This document shows, piece by piece, positions 53,101 to 64,000 of a stretch of DNA of 64,000 nt. Position 1 is the first letter of the stretch. Every line of letters starts with the position of its first letter. This DNA is from Balanoglossus misakiensis. Lineage: Eukaryota; Animalia; Hemichordata. Both the position numbers and the translations under genes were made by a program. Where the stretch lies: positions 606,648 through 670,647 of the forward strand of contig CM082576.2 in NCBI GenBank assembly GCA_040954595.2, in the 5' to 3' direction. Under the pieces are notes generated by a model, which was not told the origin of the DNA, ran no database searches, and saw only the letters and a list, made by a program, of their open reading frames with translations.

Positions 53101-56100
53101 TGAATCAAGAGAATTGAAATGATTATTTTATGTGTAGAATCTCAACAAAACATCTTTTGTATTGTAAAGAGCAGGACATGAAGTCACTATCAACTTCACA
53201 CGGACAAGAACTTCACACTTGAGGTGCAGAGAAGCCACAATAAAGATTTTGAAATCCACAAGACAGAAAAGATTTTGAAATCTTATTATTGAAGTGCCAA
53301 TGTCAGTACGGTACAAGTTTGAAAGCTATGATTTAAATATCTGAAACTATACTGCTGATAAAATGAAAATGCATTTAACCGAAACCAAATAAATGTGCAC
53401 ATAAAAGGTACGCCTATCAAGACAAGAAAGCCAAGCCAATTGGATGCTGTTTTATGAAGTTCCACAGAGTGAGTCTCGTTACAGGTTTGCAATGAAGACA
53501 AGATCCAGAAAAAGGTGAACACAACAAGACACAAAACACATTCAAATCACAACCTATCCCTTACTGTATATACAATATGCATTGTATCTCTCGACAATTA
53601 AGTTGTCTAAAACTGATCAAACTATGAAATAAAAAGGGAGTAAATATTGTCAAAATCTGCCTCGGTCCTAAGAGACCTCCAATGCTCTCGGCATTGATAG
53701 TGCCTCTGGTCAGGTCTGTGATGGATAGTTTTCAATACTAGTGCCTCATAATATGGCAGGTATCCTACAAACTATAGGGAAAATGTCATTTTAAAATGTA
53801 ACAAGAAATTACAATAATATCTGTGAAGTCTAACCAATTTTGTTCAAAAATCGTGCGTGAGCAGGGATGAATTCAACCAAAAAAGGCAAAGATGAAGAAA
53901 AACCCGGAACCTCTTGTGTATTTTGTACATTTTGTACATTGCGGTTTGCATCTTGTGAAAAACTTGAGCGAGAAATACTAAACTTGACATTTTCACTGTG
54001 TGTGGCCATTTTTTTTAGTTGTGTTAGTCTTTCAAGTGAAATGAACTGAAGTTAGACTACTGTAGCTGTTTAATCCTAAAACACTCACTCCACTGTCACA
54101 TGCTATTACCTTTGAAAAGTTTAAGAGTCTGTGTGCAACTCAACGGGGAAGCTCAATTTTTTCCCCCTTTCTTTTTTGTTTTGTCATTATGGGAAGTCTT
54201 TTCACACTTGCTTCCCCCCAGGCCCGGCTTTAAAGCAGCAGAGATTGGGCAAACGGACAGGGCCAATAAAATGGCCACCATGGGAAGTCCAAGTAGGAAT
54301 ATGAACCAAGGACACACATGCTTGTGTTGTTCTTCAGTCTCTACAAAGCAATGCTCGGCTTAACAACCACTTGGAAGAAATCTACATATAAAGTTTAACA
54401 ATTTACATTATTTTTTTTTCATTTCTAAGTGTTGTGAGAAAACTATTAGTGGTTTGCTAGAGATTTGAAATATTTCCTGCATGGCCACTCATATCAGTAT
54501 TTATTTAGAAACTTTTGGGGGCTCCATTATGAAAAGTAAAACGGAAACTTAGCCTTCAGCTAAATTTTGTTTTAAATGGTAGATCAGTAAAATGCTTTGG
54601 TAGGATGACAGGTGGTGGGGATTTTGAAAATAGAATAAACACCAAACCCACTTCTTTTCTTACTGAATTAGGTTTCTGTTTTAATAATACTGGCATGTGC
54701 AACTATTATTTGGAGCTTGCAGTGATGTTAGGAGCGGGGGTCTTAAGACCGGGGGAAGCTGCTCCGTTTGTCGATGTCCATTTCACGTTTCCGTCCAAGA
54801 GCATACATCACAGGACTGCAACAGTGTACTGCCCCTAAACATTATGATTTCATCGATTCAGACTCCGTTTCAACCAAACAAACATGTTCACAACAAGCTT
54901 TTCCTGAAAGAATGAATTTGATTTGCACGCACTTAGGCTGAGTTGAACGCAAGCAGAGACGGGAAAACCTGACTCGTGGCAAAGCGATGATGATGGCTTG
55001 ACTAGAGGGTGCGTTTTGTGTTGACTTAAATTTTCATCAAACCACACACGTTGCTCTCATTTGAGCATTATTAATCACCAAAAGGAGAGAGACAGCAAAG
55101 TTAGCATGGGGATCAGACAAACACAATCAATTTCCAGTTCTAATCACTCAACCTGTGAATATTTGCCAGTAAGTTTCTCCATGGAGTCTTTTGAGGTTTT
55201 CTAATTTTCAACAAAGTGGCAACAACTCATATTGGTGACAGGTCTCTAATGACCACAAGCGCCAAGCAGACTGCTTTCTTTTTTTTCAACCTTCATGATG
55301 TAAAACCAAGAATAAAAAGATTTTTTCCATGTTTCATTTATTTATGACAACATTTCAAATCACCTTCTCTTCAGCTTGCCATAATGTAAAAATCAGACGC
55401 TGATAGTTTCTAATAATTTTACAAGTTGTTGTATAGATTCTCTATGATAAAGAAATCCAGCGTTGTAATTTTATGTTTTACAACAAAAAAACAACTGGTT
55501 TTAGCAAACACATCAATGGAAATATTTGGCAACAAATTGTCAGCCATTTGTGATGTTCATTGGATCTCTAGAGACTAAACTATCAGAAATGGATGAAACA
55601 TACACAAAATGTACTGTCTTCTGGTTTAAAAATACAAGTCCCAGCCATAAATAGCATGGACATTTAGCCAGTACTGCTGATCACACTAGTAGTTAATACT
55701 CTAATTGCAGATGATTAAATCTTGCTAAGACTTGTCTCAATATGCACTAGTTCAACCGCTTTTAATCTGTATGAATGAATTTTTTAGATTGGTCAGTATT
55801 TGAGGTTTTTTGTCATTAAAAGCTTGGCCAGCACTTCACTTCTCCTAAGCAGTACTTCTTACCACATTTTCTGTTCAATTCATCACAGGCTTTACATTGC
55901 ATTATTGAGTATGCCCATGATGTGAGAATGAGCAAGGGTTGGGGAGAAAACAAGAATCAGTTGTGTGTGCCTATGTGTGTGCGTGTGTGTGTCTTGGTAA
56001 GTTGCAAGTGACAAAAAAAACCCATATAAACCAGTCACCACTCACCAGGTCATGTGTTGACCAACGACAAACACCAAGTGACACAACTGACCAATCTGGT

Positions 56101-57039
56101 GAAAGTTCCTACCAACAAAATGCAAGTTTCAACCAACTTTCAACAGATGAAAAAATGACACACTGTACATAGAAAATCACCAAAAGTTCATAAAAATGTG
56201 GCAAGTGCTTGTCACTCTAATTTGATAAAGGATAAATGTTGACTGTAAACTGATAATTTTGAACCTGGTCTAATTCTGTTGATATATTTTGCAAATGCTG
56301 TTGAAACTGGCCAACTAAGAAAATTTCACATTTCATTTTTTGGAATATTGCTGCCACTAACTTTTTCTAACTTTAAGTGAAAATGACAACCATACATGAG
56401 CCAATAGTTGACAATTACAAATCATCATGGTAAGTGTATCGAAAATCTGGCAGTTAAAAGCAGACTTGGTGGTGTCTGTCAAAGTTGGACAATAATTCCC
56501 GACTAATTCCGAGTGCCATTTACAGAGCGAAAAATAAACAATGAAAACAGAAAATGATGTCGTGAAAATCTGTGACTACCCAACCAGAAGACATTTGATT
56601 TGATTTTCATTCAAAGAAATCACACAAAAACTCCTGAAAACGCACAGATTTGAAATTCCCTGGTGAAACACTATGCCTTACATTCAGTAATTGGCCAGAC
56701 TTTTTTTTTCCATGAGCGGCTATGATTAGTAAATATTACCACTGAAAAGGCAGAGCATATGGCCGGTATGTGTAAGCATGATTGAAAGTATCTTATTAAA
56801 TGGCCATACTCTTGAAAGATAGCATCTACCATGATGACGATCCATCGGCACTGTTATTTGCTAAAAATAATAAAACCAAGTGGCGGCTCACAGCCAAAAA
56901 CTGGTCTGCAACAATAAGACAGTTCCATTAATCGCAAAAACTGATGCGGAAACATGAACAGGTCTTGCCACAAATATGCATTTCATGGAAAGTGGTACCA
57001 TTTTTTTAACTTGTACAAAATTGTCAATAAGATGGTGCT

Positions 57040-58000
57040 AAATCTATCTGTTTAAAAGCAAAACTGGTGATTGTGCACGGCGCTTAATGGACCGATATGT
57101 TGATGAAAAGCGCTCTGATAAGAAGTTTGGTTGATGAGGTCGGGATAACCAACAAAACAGTGGTACAACAGATTGCTCTTGAAATTTTCACATGCAAGTT
57201 ATCAATTAGACTATTGGTAAATCTGGTGCTGATAAAAGTCTATCTCCGATAAATTGAAGCATATTCGACGGCGCATTCAGTTCTACACGTCTCGCTCAGA
57301 AGATTTCATAAGTCCATGCTGATGATACAAATCAGGTGCAAAATTTCCAGATCAATTTTCCATACTGAACTAAATTGATATAAACAAGCATTTAAACAGG
57401 CACGTACATCTCAACTGGGACTGAAATAAGTTGATCTCGATAAATTCCGGGACTCAAATCTTGTGTTTTCGGAGATTTATATCACCGAGAGGACACTGCA
57501 ATCCAGTGAGACTGATTATCCGGACATCTGTAAAATGCTGTTCAGCACGCTTCGCTGCGGGAATACGATTCTTCGATGGTTGCACAAATACGATAATGTA
57601 CTCGGTTTAACCATTTAGTGGGTAGCCTAGTTTGGCAAATTAAAATTACTGAACTCATCTGTAGGGATGTGATTGAAGCACGTTTCAGAAAATTAACCCT
57701 GGCATCCCGAATGCTCAGTTGGTAATCCACACCCAAGAAAAACGAACCGAGCGTTTTAGCAGGCCCGATAAAGTTGTAATATAAAACAATAAAAGCCTCC
57801 GTCTTATAAGGGAGCTGCTTTAAAAACCCCTAACATTGGGAATGAATGGCAAAGTGCTTTGACCATCTGGTGGTCGAGCAGTTTAATGCTAGCCACTTGA
57901 GAGGTTGTGTGGTTCTCTTGCAATGAGACTCAAACTGTCCATCTTGCGCAGTCTGGAGTGTTCAAAGGAACACGTACGGACATCCAAGAAAGATAATTTG
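57040..58000. promoter_or_regulatory. Candidate enhancer: CpG-retaining segment with a GATA-site cluster
   Basis: Ten GATAA (either strand) in 57116-57996, two AGATAG, a CACTTGA NK2 site at 57894 and visibly more CpG than the background. Function is inferred. Confidence 0.35.
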
Positions 58001-61000
58001 GTCCAAAAATAAAATTACTCAAAGCTGTCAATCAACCAGAGTGTGTAATGAACACCTGGGAGAGAGAGAGAGAGAAGGGCAGACAAAGAGCCTTTGGAGA
58101 ACAGTCCCAGTACAAAGTGACAGGAACTTCATGACACACTGTCTATAGAAAGAGACAAAACATCCTCTTTTCATCCAGATGTGCAAAGTCCTATCATCGC
58201 CAGTAGTCATACAGGTTGACCAATGGACCTTCTTGAGTTGGTGGAAGCTTAATTGACCAAACCTTGGCCTTTATTAGGGAATCCATCCACAACATATTTT
58301 CTCCATTATTGACTTCTTAATTACTAGGCCTCCAACACCGGCTGTGACATGAGAGAAGAATGCCTGGCTGTACACCTGTGCAGAGCTGACCATAGACCGA
58401 CTGTTAAGACTGTGACAAAGGCAAAGGCTTGAGATACTCTCCCCCATTAGTTGCCATTGTTGGCTATTCACTGTCTTAATGATGTAGATCTCTGGGACTT
58501 GATCCTGTACAAACATACCATCATCCTTTGCCAAGTAGCCTGCTTCTTTGCCCAGGCCAAAATTCTACACTGGTCCAACAAGTGATTGGGTCATCTCCTG
58601 GAGTGTTAGTGCAACTCTGACCCAAGTCTTAGTGATTTATTATCCAGCTAAATGACAAACTAGGTCTGTGAACGATAGTCCTTGAACAATCCAAGAGTTT
58701 ACAACGTCTCTGACTCAAACTTTCTTCACGCTGCTGTGCATATTGTAAGTTTTTTTCTCCTGACAATATCAACCCACCTCTTACCTATGGCCAATTTGGT
58801 ACAACAAACCACTAAAAAAACAGCATCCAAGCATTCTTGGTACCCACAGAATAGTTTCACCACGTAAAAACCACAAGATTTAATGTCAGCCATTAATATT
58901 TTCCTTATTCAATGCAACTTGCCTGACCAAGCAGTCTGGCTCGGTTGTCAATTAGAAGTCCACAAGTCAGAAATTCTTAAAGAGGAGAAACAATCCCGAC
59001 CATGAAAATGAAGAGTCAATTAATATCCAAGTGGTACACAATGCAATAGCATCGATGAGGAACTTTTGCTGTTTGTTCCATCTTTCCACACCAACTGGCT
59101 GAAGAACTTTGGGTGCTTCTCTGCCAACGTGACAACGCCTTGCATGTAACAAATACCTGTTTGCTCAACTTCTCAGCCAAAGCAGCAGCTGACATGAGAG
59201 TATGCTCAGCTCTTACACCCATCTTTCATCAGTGTATCACACAAACAATCAATGGTGGCATTTTCAAGTTATTTCTCTGTAGTGTCTCGGTATGGAGCAC
59301 TACAAAGAACAAAACGTCACTGTTTATTTTCTACATTTGAACCTGCTGATTCTGTATTTATTTTCAACACCAACCAAGTTAAAATGGCTGGGTCTGGCTT
59401 GAAATTCTTTTCTACTGCCATTCTTTCAGGTTGCGGAGCAGCTAATACTTTCAGCTATGTCGATTCCTTTTAAAGTTTGTGGTCTGCTCCAATGCAACAT
59501 GGGATAGCACCCTGCCATGTAATTTTTGCAACCCACTTATAACTACAAGAGCACCACAATAGTGCTTTTGTGGACAAAAATGTTTCTTGAATTTGTCTGC
59601 AAGTTGACAAGTGGAGAGCTGGGAAGGGCCCAGTGGTCGACCAGAGAGTGGGGATAGTTTAAGATAATGTTGACGAAGGAGCTTAAAATTCTCTGTTGCT
59701 GGTGACTGGCAAGTGTGAGGAGAAGGTGTGGAGATCCAAACTTTGCAAAGTTAAGCCATTTATCAGTGTGTTGCATGCCACATTGGTCCAGTTGGCAGCA
59801 AAGTGTGTTTAATGAAGGAGGGACTTGGAAAAAAAACGTGTTTGCTCTCCACAAAGGACAGTTTCACCAATCCCGGTGAAAACGAAAATAACTGCAATCA
59901 CAGATAGTGGAAGGAAAGAGGGAGACTGGGCAAATTTGGCAGAGATGGATATCATACATTAGTGACCTAGCAGACACTCACACACACAAGGTGTCGACTA
60001 GCCACTTTTCTGGAAATGGATTTTAGGGTTTGGAAAATCTATACCAGGGCACTTATCGCTGTGAGATGCCGACCAACACAACAGGCAGCTGGCAATGGTG
60101 GTTTAAACAAGTGTACCTTAAAACACAGGGACTTGCTGTATTAACGAAACCTGGTATCAAGTAGAACCATCCCCCCTCTTGTCATTTTACAATGATGCGG
60201 AAACTTTTGAAAAGTTTCAGCTGGGTCTTCCAATTTCCAGTCAACCACCATGAAAACAAAAATCTTTCAAGGGGAGACTTATTGTAAATTATCACCAAAA
60301 TGCTCTGATTGTAATCTGTATTGTTCATAGATCTGATAACTGGTGGTTTTTATCTGCCAACTTTTCCCTTAAAAGAACCAGAGAGAACTGAAAGTGGATC
60401 TTGTGTACAGGTGTAAGGGAGCACCCACTTCACATCAATAGACAGGCCAATTTCTGCCCATGGATGGTTTCTGTGGTTTATTCCAACAATTTCTATCAAT
60501 GTATAAATGTGGATCTTTTATCAAAATGGATTTCCCTTGTTAAAGATCATACTTCATTGAGTACATCTTTACGGATTTATTTCTACATTAAAAATACATC
60601 TCTTTGGGGAAATGGAAGTGTGGTGAAAGTGACCGAGATTACTGCACTTTTTCTCCACAAATGCAAACATTTTAACATAAATCAAGCCAAGAATGAAGCC
60701 ATTGGTGTTTGTTTTAACACATACTTTTGTAGATGGCAACACTTGAGTTAACTTAAAAAATGCACGACTATTTACTATTTTATCTTGGCATACGTAACCA
60801 TACAACAAGGTACACTGATAGACAACACTCAATATCCCGCACAGCCAATTTTGGTAGCCAGCTCACTTCTGTGGTGGAATTTTCCCAATTTTTCCAGATT
60901 TTCCTAGAAATCTCTCATAATATGTAAAATAGAATGTCACACACCTAACTCAAGTTTCCGATCGCTAAAATTTTAATTCTGGATAAGGGAACCACAACTT

Positions 61001-62898
61001 CATCAGTCTTATACAAAGGCAAGGATGATGATGGAAACTTGTATGTTGTATATCTGCATTCACGTTTCAGTGTTTTTTTCTACGTCATCAATCAAACGCA
61101 ACCATAAGAAAGAGAAAAAATTCTCGACACCATCCATCAGCAAGTTAGGATAGATTGGTAAACACTCCACTGGCAAACACAGCAACTACGTAAATAGTGT
61201 CACTATACAAATGCCAAGCACACTGAGATGAAAGATCTTATCATTTGGTGGTACAAACAACTTTCTCTTTCTTGTGTACATACACAAGTTAAAAATTAAC
61301 AGTAATATTGCAAAATCGACAGCAGAGTTTTAGCTGTTGATTGCATATTTAAGGTATGGCTTGCTGGACATGGCTTGGTAGGAGTGGCCTAGACCCTGGC
61401 CTAATTAGGATCAAGCAAAGCATGTGATAGTAGGGCATTTGCAAAAGATGCCTAACTCTGCTGAAGTAGAGACTTGATGTTACTACACTAGCTTTACATG
61501 TAAACGTACATTGATGCTATGAACAGTACACAGTGCTCCCTGACAGGGCAGTAAACAGTCATCAATGCTATGACTCACAATATTACAGAATACGGGTATC
61601 ACATCAAATACATTGGAAAGTTAGGCAAGCAGTTTGACACACTCCAAATGGATCAGAGATACACTCGCCTAACTACATGTAAATCTACCCTTATATTTAC
61701 ATATCTATGCATTAAAAGACCAGGATTTGCGGAATATTATGCAAAAGCTTGCAAATCTAAAGACCGCAGCGATGTACATGGCAAAATTAGTCTCATACAT
61801 ATAGTAGTCAGAGGTATGGATGAAACAAAAATATGTTTATACTATAACATATATCTTCTAGTAGAGTCTCTCCGAACTTCATATTCAACCTAAGCTTACA
61901 AAGCCAACTGATATGTGGCATATTTGTTTGCATTGAAACTATATGAATCATATCCAATCTTTAAGTATTGGTAATTTTGCATATCTTGAAACTTATCATT
62001 CAGGAAAATATTAAAATAGGCAACACATTTATTTATTACTGCCACCAAATGGGATGTAAACATTCGGTCTAAGTGCCAGCAGAAGCCGGACTTGCCATAA
62101 AGACAAAATAATGACGCTAACACACCAATAGGGGCGCTATTCACTTAATTTGATAAAACTGTACCAACTGCAATACAACAATTAATGCAAGACACTACCT
62201 GCATGAAATACTGTCATTTGTCCTTACATAATTATGTACTTCACCGATTTCTTTGTCGTGGAATATATAACACACTGATTATTGTGTGATTTTTCAGTAC
62301 TAAACATTACACTACATAATGTTGATTTTGGAACGTGTGTTGGCAGTCTGAATGACAAGAATAAGCCTATGTACGTAGATGTGATAACACATTTATGAAT
62401 CCACTTTCCATAAATTCCGAAATACAAATGGCACGCATCGAAAGACCATAGGGTACTATACTTAGGCCAAATTGTTCAAAAAATCGCTTCAGAAATGCCC
62501 AAGAAAGTGCTGATGATGGGACGGACAGAACTTAATCTATAATCTTCACTGGGACTACAGAGCAATGCATCAGTTCTCATCAATACAAGTATGTTGTTAG
62601 TGATGTGGATATCGATAATATTATGTCTGCATGTTTATTGGTATATTCTGCTGAAGGCCGGCTTTCAGATGAAATGACACTTTCACGTTTCACATTTTCC
62701 AAATGACATTTATCATGAAAAAGAAGTTCTTTTGCTGGAAATGGTACGCTTTTACTATATACACAGTAGGCCCTAATACCAGAAGTACGCACACACACCC
62801 TGATGCAAGTAATAATGGACAATACAGTATTATGTATAGGTAGAGGATACAACAAGCTGGCAATATATAGTAAATATGAAACTCCACTCAAGACTTAC

Positions 62899-63008
62899 CT
62901 CTTTGGTAGGGTGGTCCATCACTGTAGGAACCTCTTTGTGGCCTGGGTCCAAGCAGGGACTGTGGAGGTGCCATGTTGGAATACTGACCAGTTCCGGATA
63001 AGTTGTGT
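62899..63008 (-). CDS. XRN2: XRN2 next coding exon (110 nt, phase 2 to phase 1)
   Basis: Acceptor ctaatctaccaatggctctgcag| includes a CTAAT branch-like motif, and the donor is a perfect AG|GTAAGT. The phase matches the upstream exon (AG|A = Arg). It translates without a stop as RHNLSGTGQYSNMAPPQSLLGPRPQRGSYSDGPPYQR, and SGTGQYSNMAPP resembles human XRN2 SGTGIYSNAAPP (recalled). Confidence 0.88.
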
Positions 63009-63879
63009 CTGCAGAGCCATTGGTAGATTAGATTACTTTAGAACTGCACAGATTCTCAATGTGAAAATGCACCCAGTATCCATTACGAAGATATACAATG
63101 AGATCACAAACAAGAGCACACAAAAATGAACTATTTCTCATAGAAATATTATATTGAAATTCATGTAAAACTTGAAGACAGATTATTTAAGAAGGCATAC
63201 TAAACCCTCGTGTTAGATGCATGTATTGATATAATGATAAAAAGTCGTTTTTTTTCTTTACAAAAGCTCATATACAAATGAATTTATCAGATATTACAAG
63301 CTTTGAAGTTTCTCAAGAGATGGATGTATGGTACATTCTATCAGTCAACAGAAAATTTCCTTGTACACACAACTTGGTAAATGAAGACATGCACCACAAA
63401 AAGGATAGTGACTGTTAAATCATATTGATGACATTTACAACTCTCAGTTTTGTTACGCATCCAATTTCTTTTTCACCATAAATTGTAGATGCAATAGAAA
63501 ATAGTGGCAAATTTGAACACAAAGTGTTCATATAATTATTGTATGTGAGGTACTAGTAAAAGTTACAATATATTTCCATTCAACCTCATTCTTGATCACA
63601 GAATAGTAAATCACACTGCCAAGCCACACAGAACAGTAATGGATAAGAAATTCTTGTTTTGTAAAGTTCATCAATATTAATTGCATGTTGACCAATAGTT
63701 GTTTGCACAAACCGACAGTATGCAAAAATTAACATTATAAGGAAATGATACAGAAAGAAACACAGCACTAAAAGTACAGAGTAAGATGTGGAGAAGAGTT
63801 GCTATCACCATGAGTGTTAGATTATCATTTTTTTAATCAGTGAATTGTACACACAGGCTGTACATGCTACGCTCCCTAC
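63009..63879 (-). other. XRN2: 871-bp GT-AG spliceosomal intron of XRN2 (phase 2)
   Basis: Canonical GTAGGG...CTGCAG ends, and removing it joins the two XRN2-like reading frames seamlessly. Confidence 0.85.
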
Positions 63880-64000
63880 CTGACCATTCTATGTCCACCA
63901 GAATCCAAGCCTCCACGAGGACCTGAGTAACGCTTAAAACCAATTTGTGGACGGTACGATCTATTAGCATTGGCACTGGCCTCCCAATCTCCTGGCTTAA
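63880..64000 (-). CDS. XRN2: XRN2 (5'-3' exoribonuclease 2) internal coding exon, C-terminal region; 5' part lies beyond the window edge
   Basis: The reverse complement reads (xTT) KPGDWEASANANRSYRPQIGFKRYSGPRGGLDSGGHRMV plus AG, with no stop, followed by donor AG|GTAGGG (GT at 63879-63878). It resembles human XRN2 LKPSDWEKSSNGRQWKPQLGFNRDRRPVHLDQAAFRTLG as recalled from memory (shared KPxDWE, PQ[IL]GFxR and LD motifs). No database search was run. Confidence 0.88.

Larger units (their letters stand above)
1..62898 (-). other. Non-coding region downstream of the last recognised XRN2 exon: intron starting at 62898, 3' end not identified (may include unrecognised terminal exons, 3' UTR and intergenic DNA)
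   Basis: It starts with a consensus GTAAGT donor. No recognisable protein-coding sequence was found, the longest ORF is 189 aa and not protein-like, and CpG depletion is strong. The extent is inferred. Confidence 0.45.

Noticed and set aside
62803-63129. 108-aa plus-strand ORF
   Set aside because: Antisense shadow of the real minus-strand XRN2 exon.
1-64000. Window-wide enrichment of NK2 sites (TCAAGTG/CACTTGA)
   Set aside because: About a dozen were seen against a rough expectation of about 8, which is not convincingly enriched.
1-64000. CRISPR array, prokaryotic operon, tRNA/rRNA, known miRNA, homeobox or transposase/RT coding sequence
   Set aside because: No spaced direct-repeat array, no long ORFs and no recognisable RNA gene or homeodomain translation were seen. 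Short non-autonomous transposon fragments and lineage-specific miRNAs cannot be excluded without a library search.

Overview
AT-rich (roughly 35-40% GC by eye), CpG-depleted eukaryotic genomic DNA, most likely from an invertebrate animal. A non-vertebrate deuterostome is plausible but is an inference. None of the ORFs in the supplied track looks like a real protein. The only well-supported coding sequence is two spliced minus-strand exons at the right end (63880->64000 and 62899-63008). Joined in frame they encode KPGDWEASANANRSYRPQIGFKRYSGPRGGLDSGGHRMVRHNLSGTGQYSNMAPPQSLLGPRPQRGSYSDGPPYQR, which matches the C-terminal region of the 5'-3' exoribonuclease XRN2. The second exon ends in a perfect AG|GTAAGT donor, yet I recognise no further XRN2 exon in the remaining ~62.9 kb. 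That stretch has no transposon-type ORF and contains microsatellites, a 49-bp tandem duplication, local CpG-rich patches and several transcription-factor-motif clusters. The leading hypothesis is a giant 3' intron (or 3' flank) of xrn2 acting as a regulatory landscape for a neighbouring nkx2.1-type gene, since human XRN2 lies directly next to NKX2-4. I found no prokaryotic-type system, CRISPR array, tRNA or rRNA.
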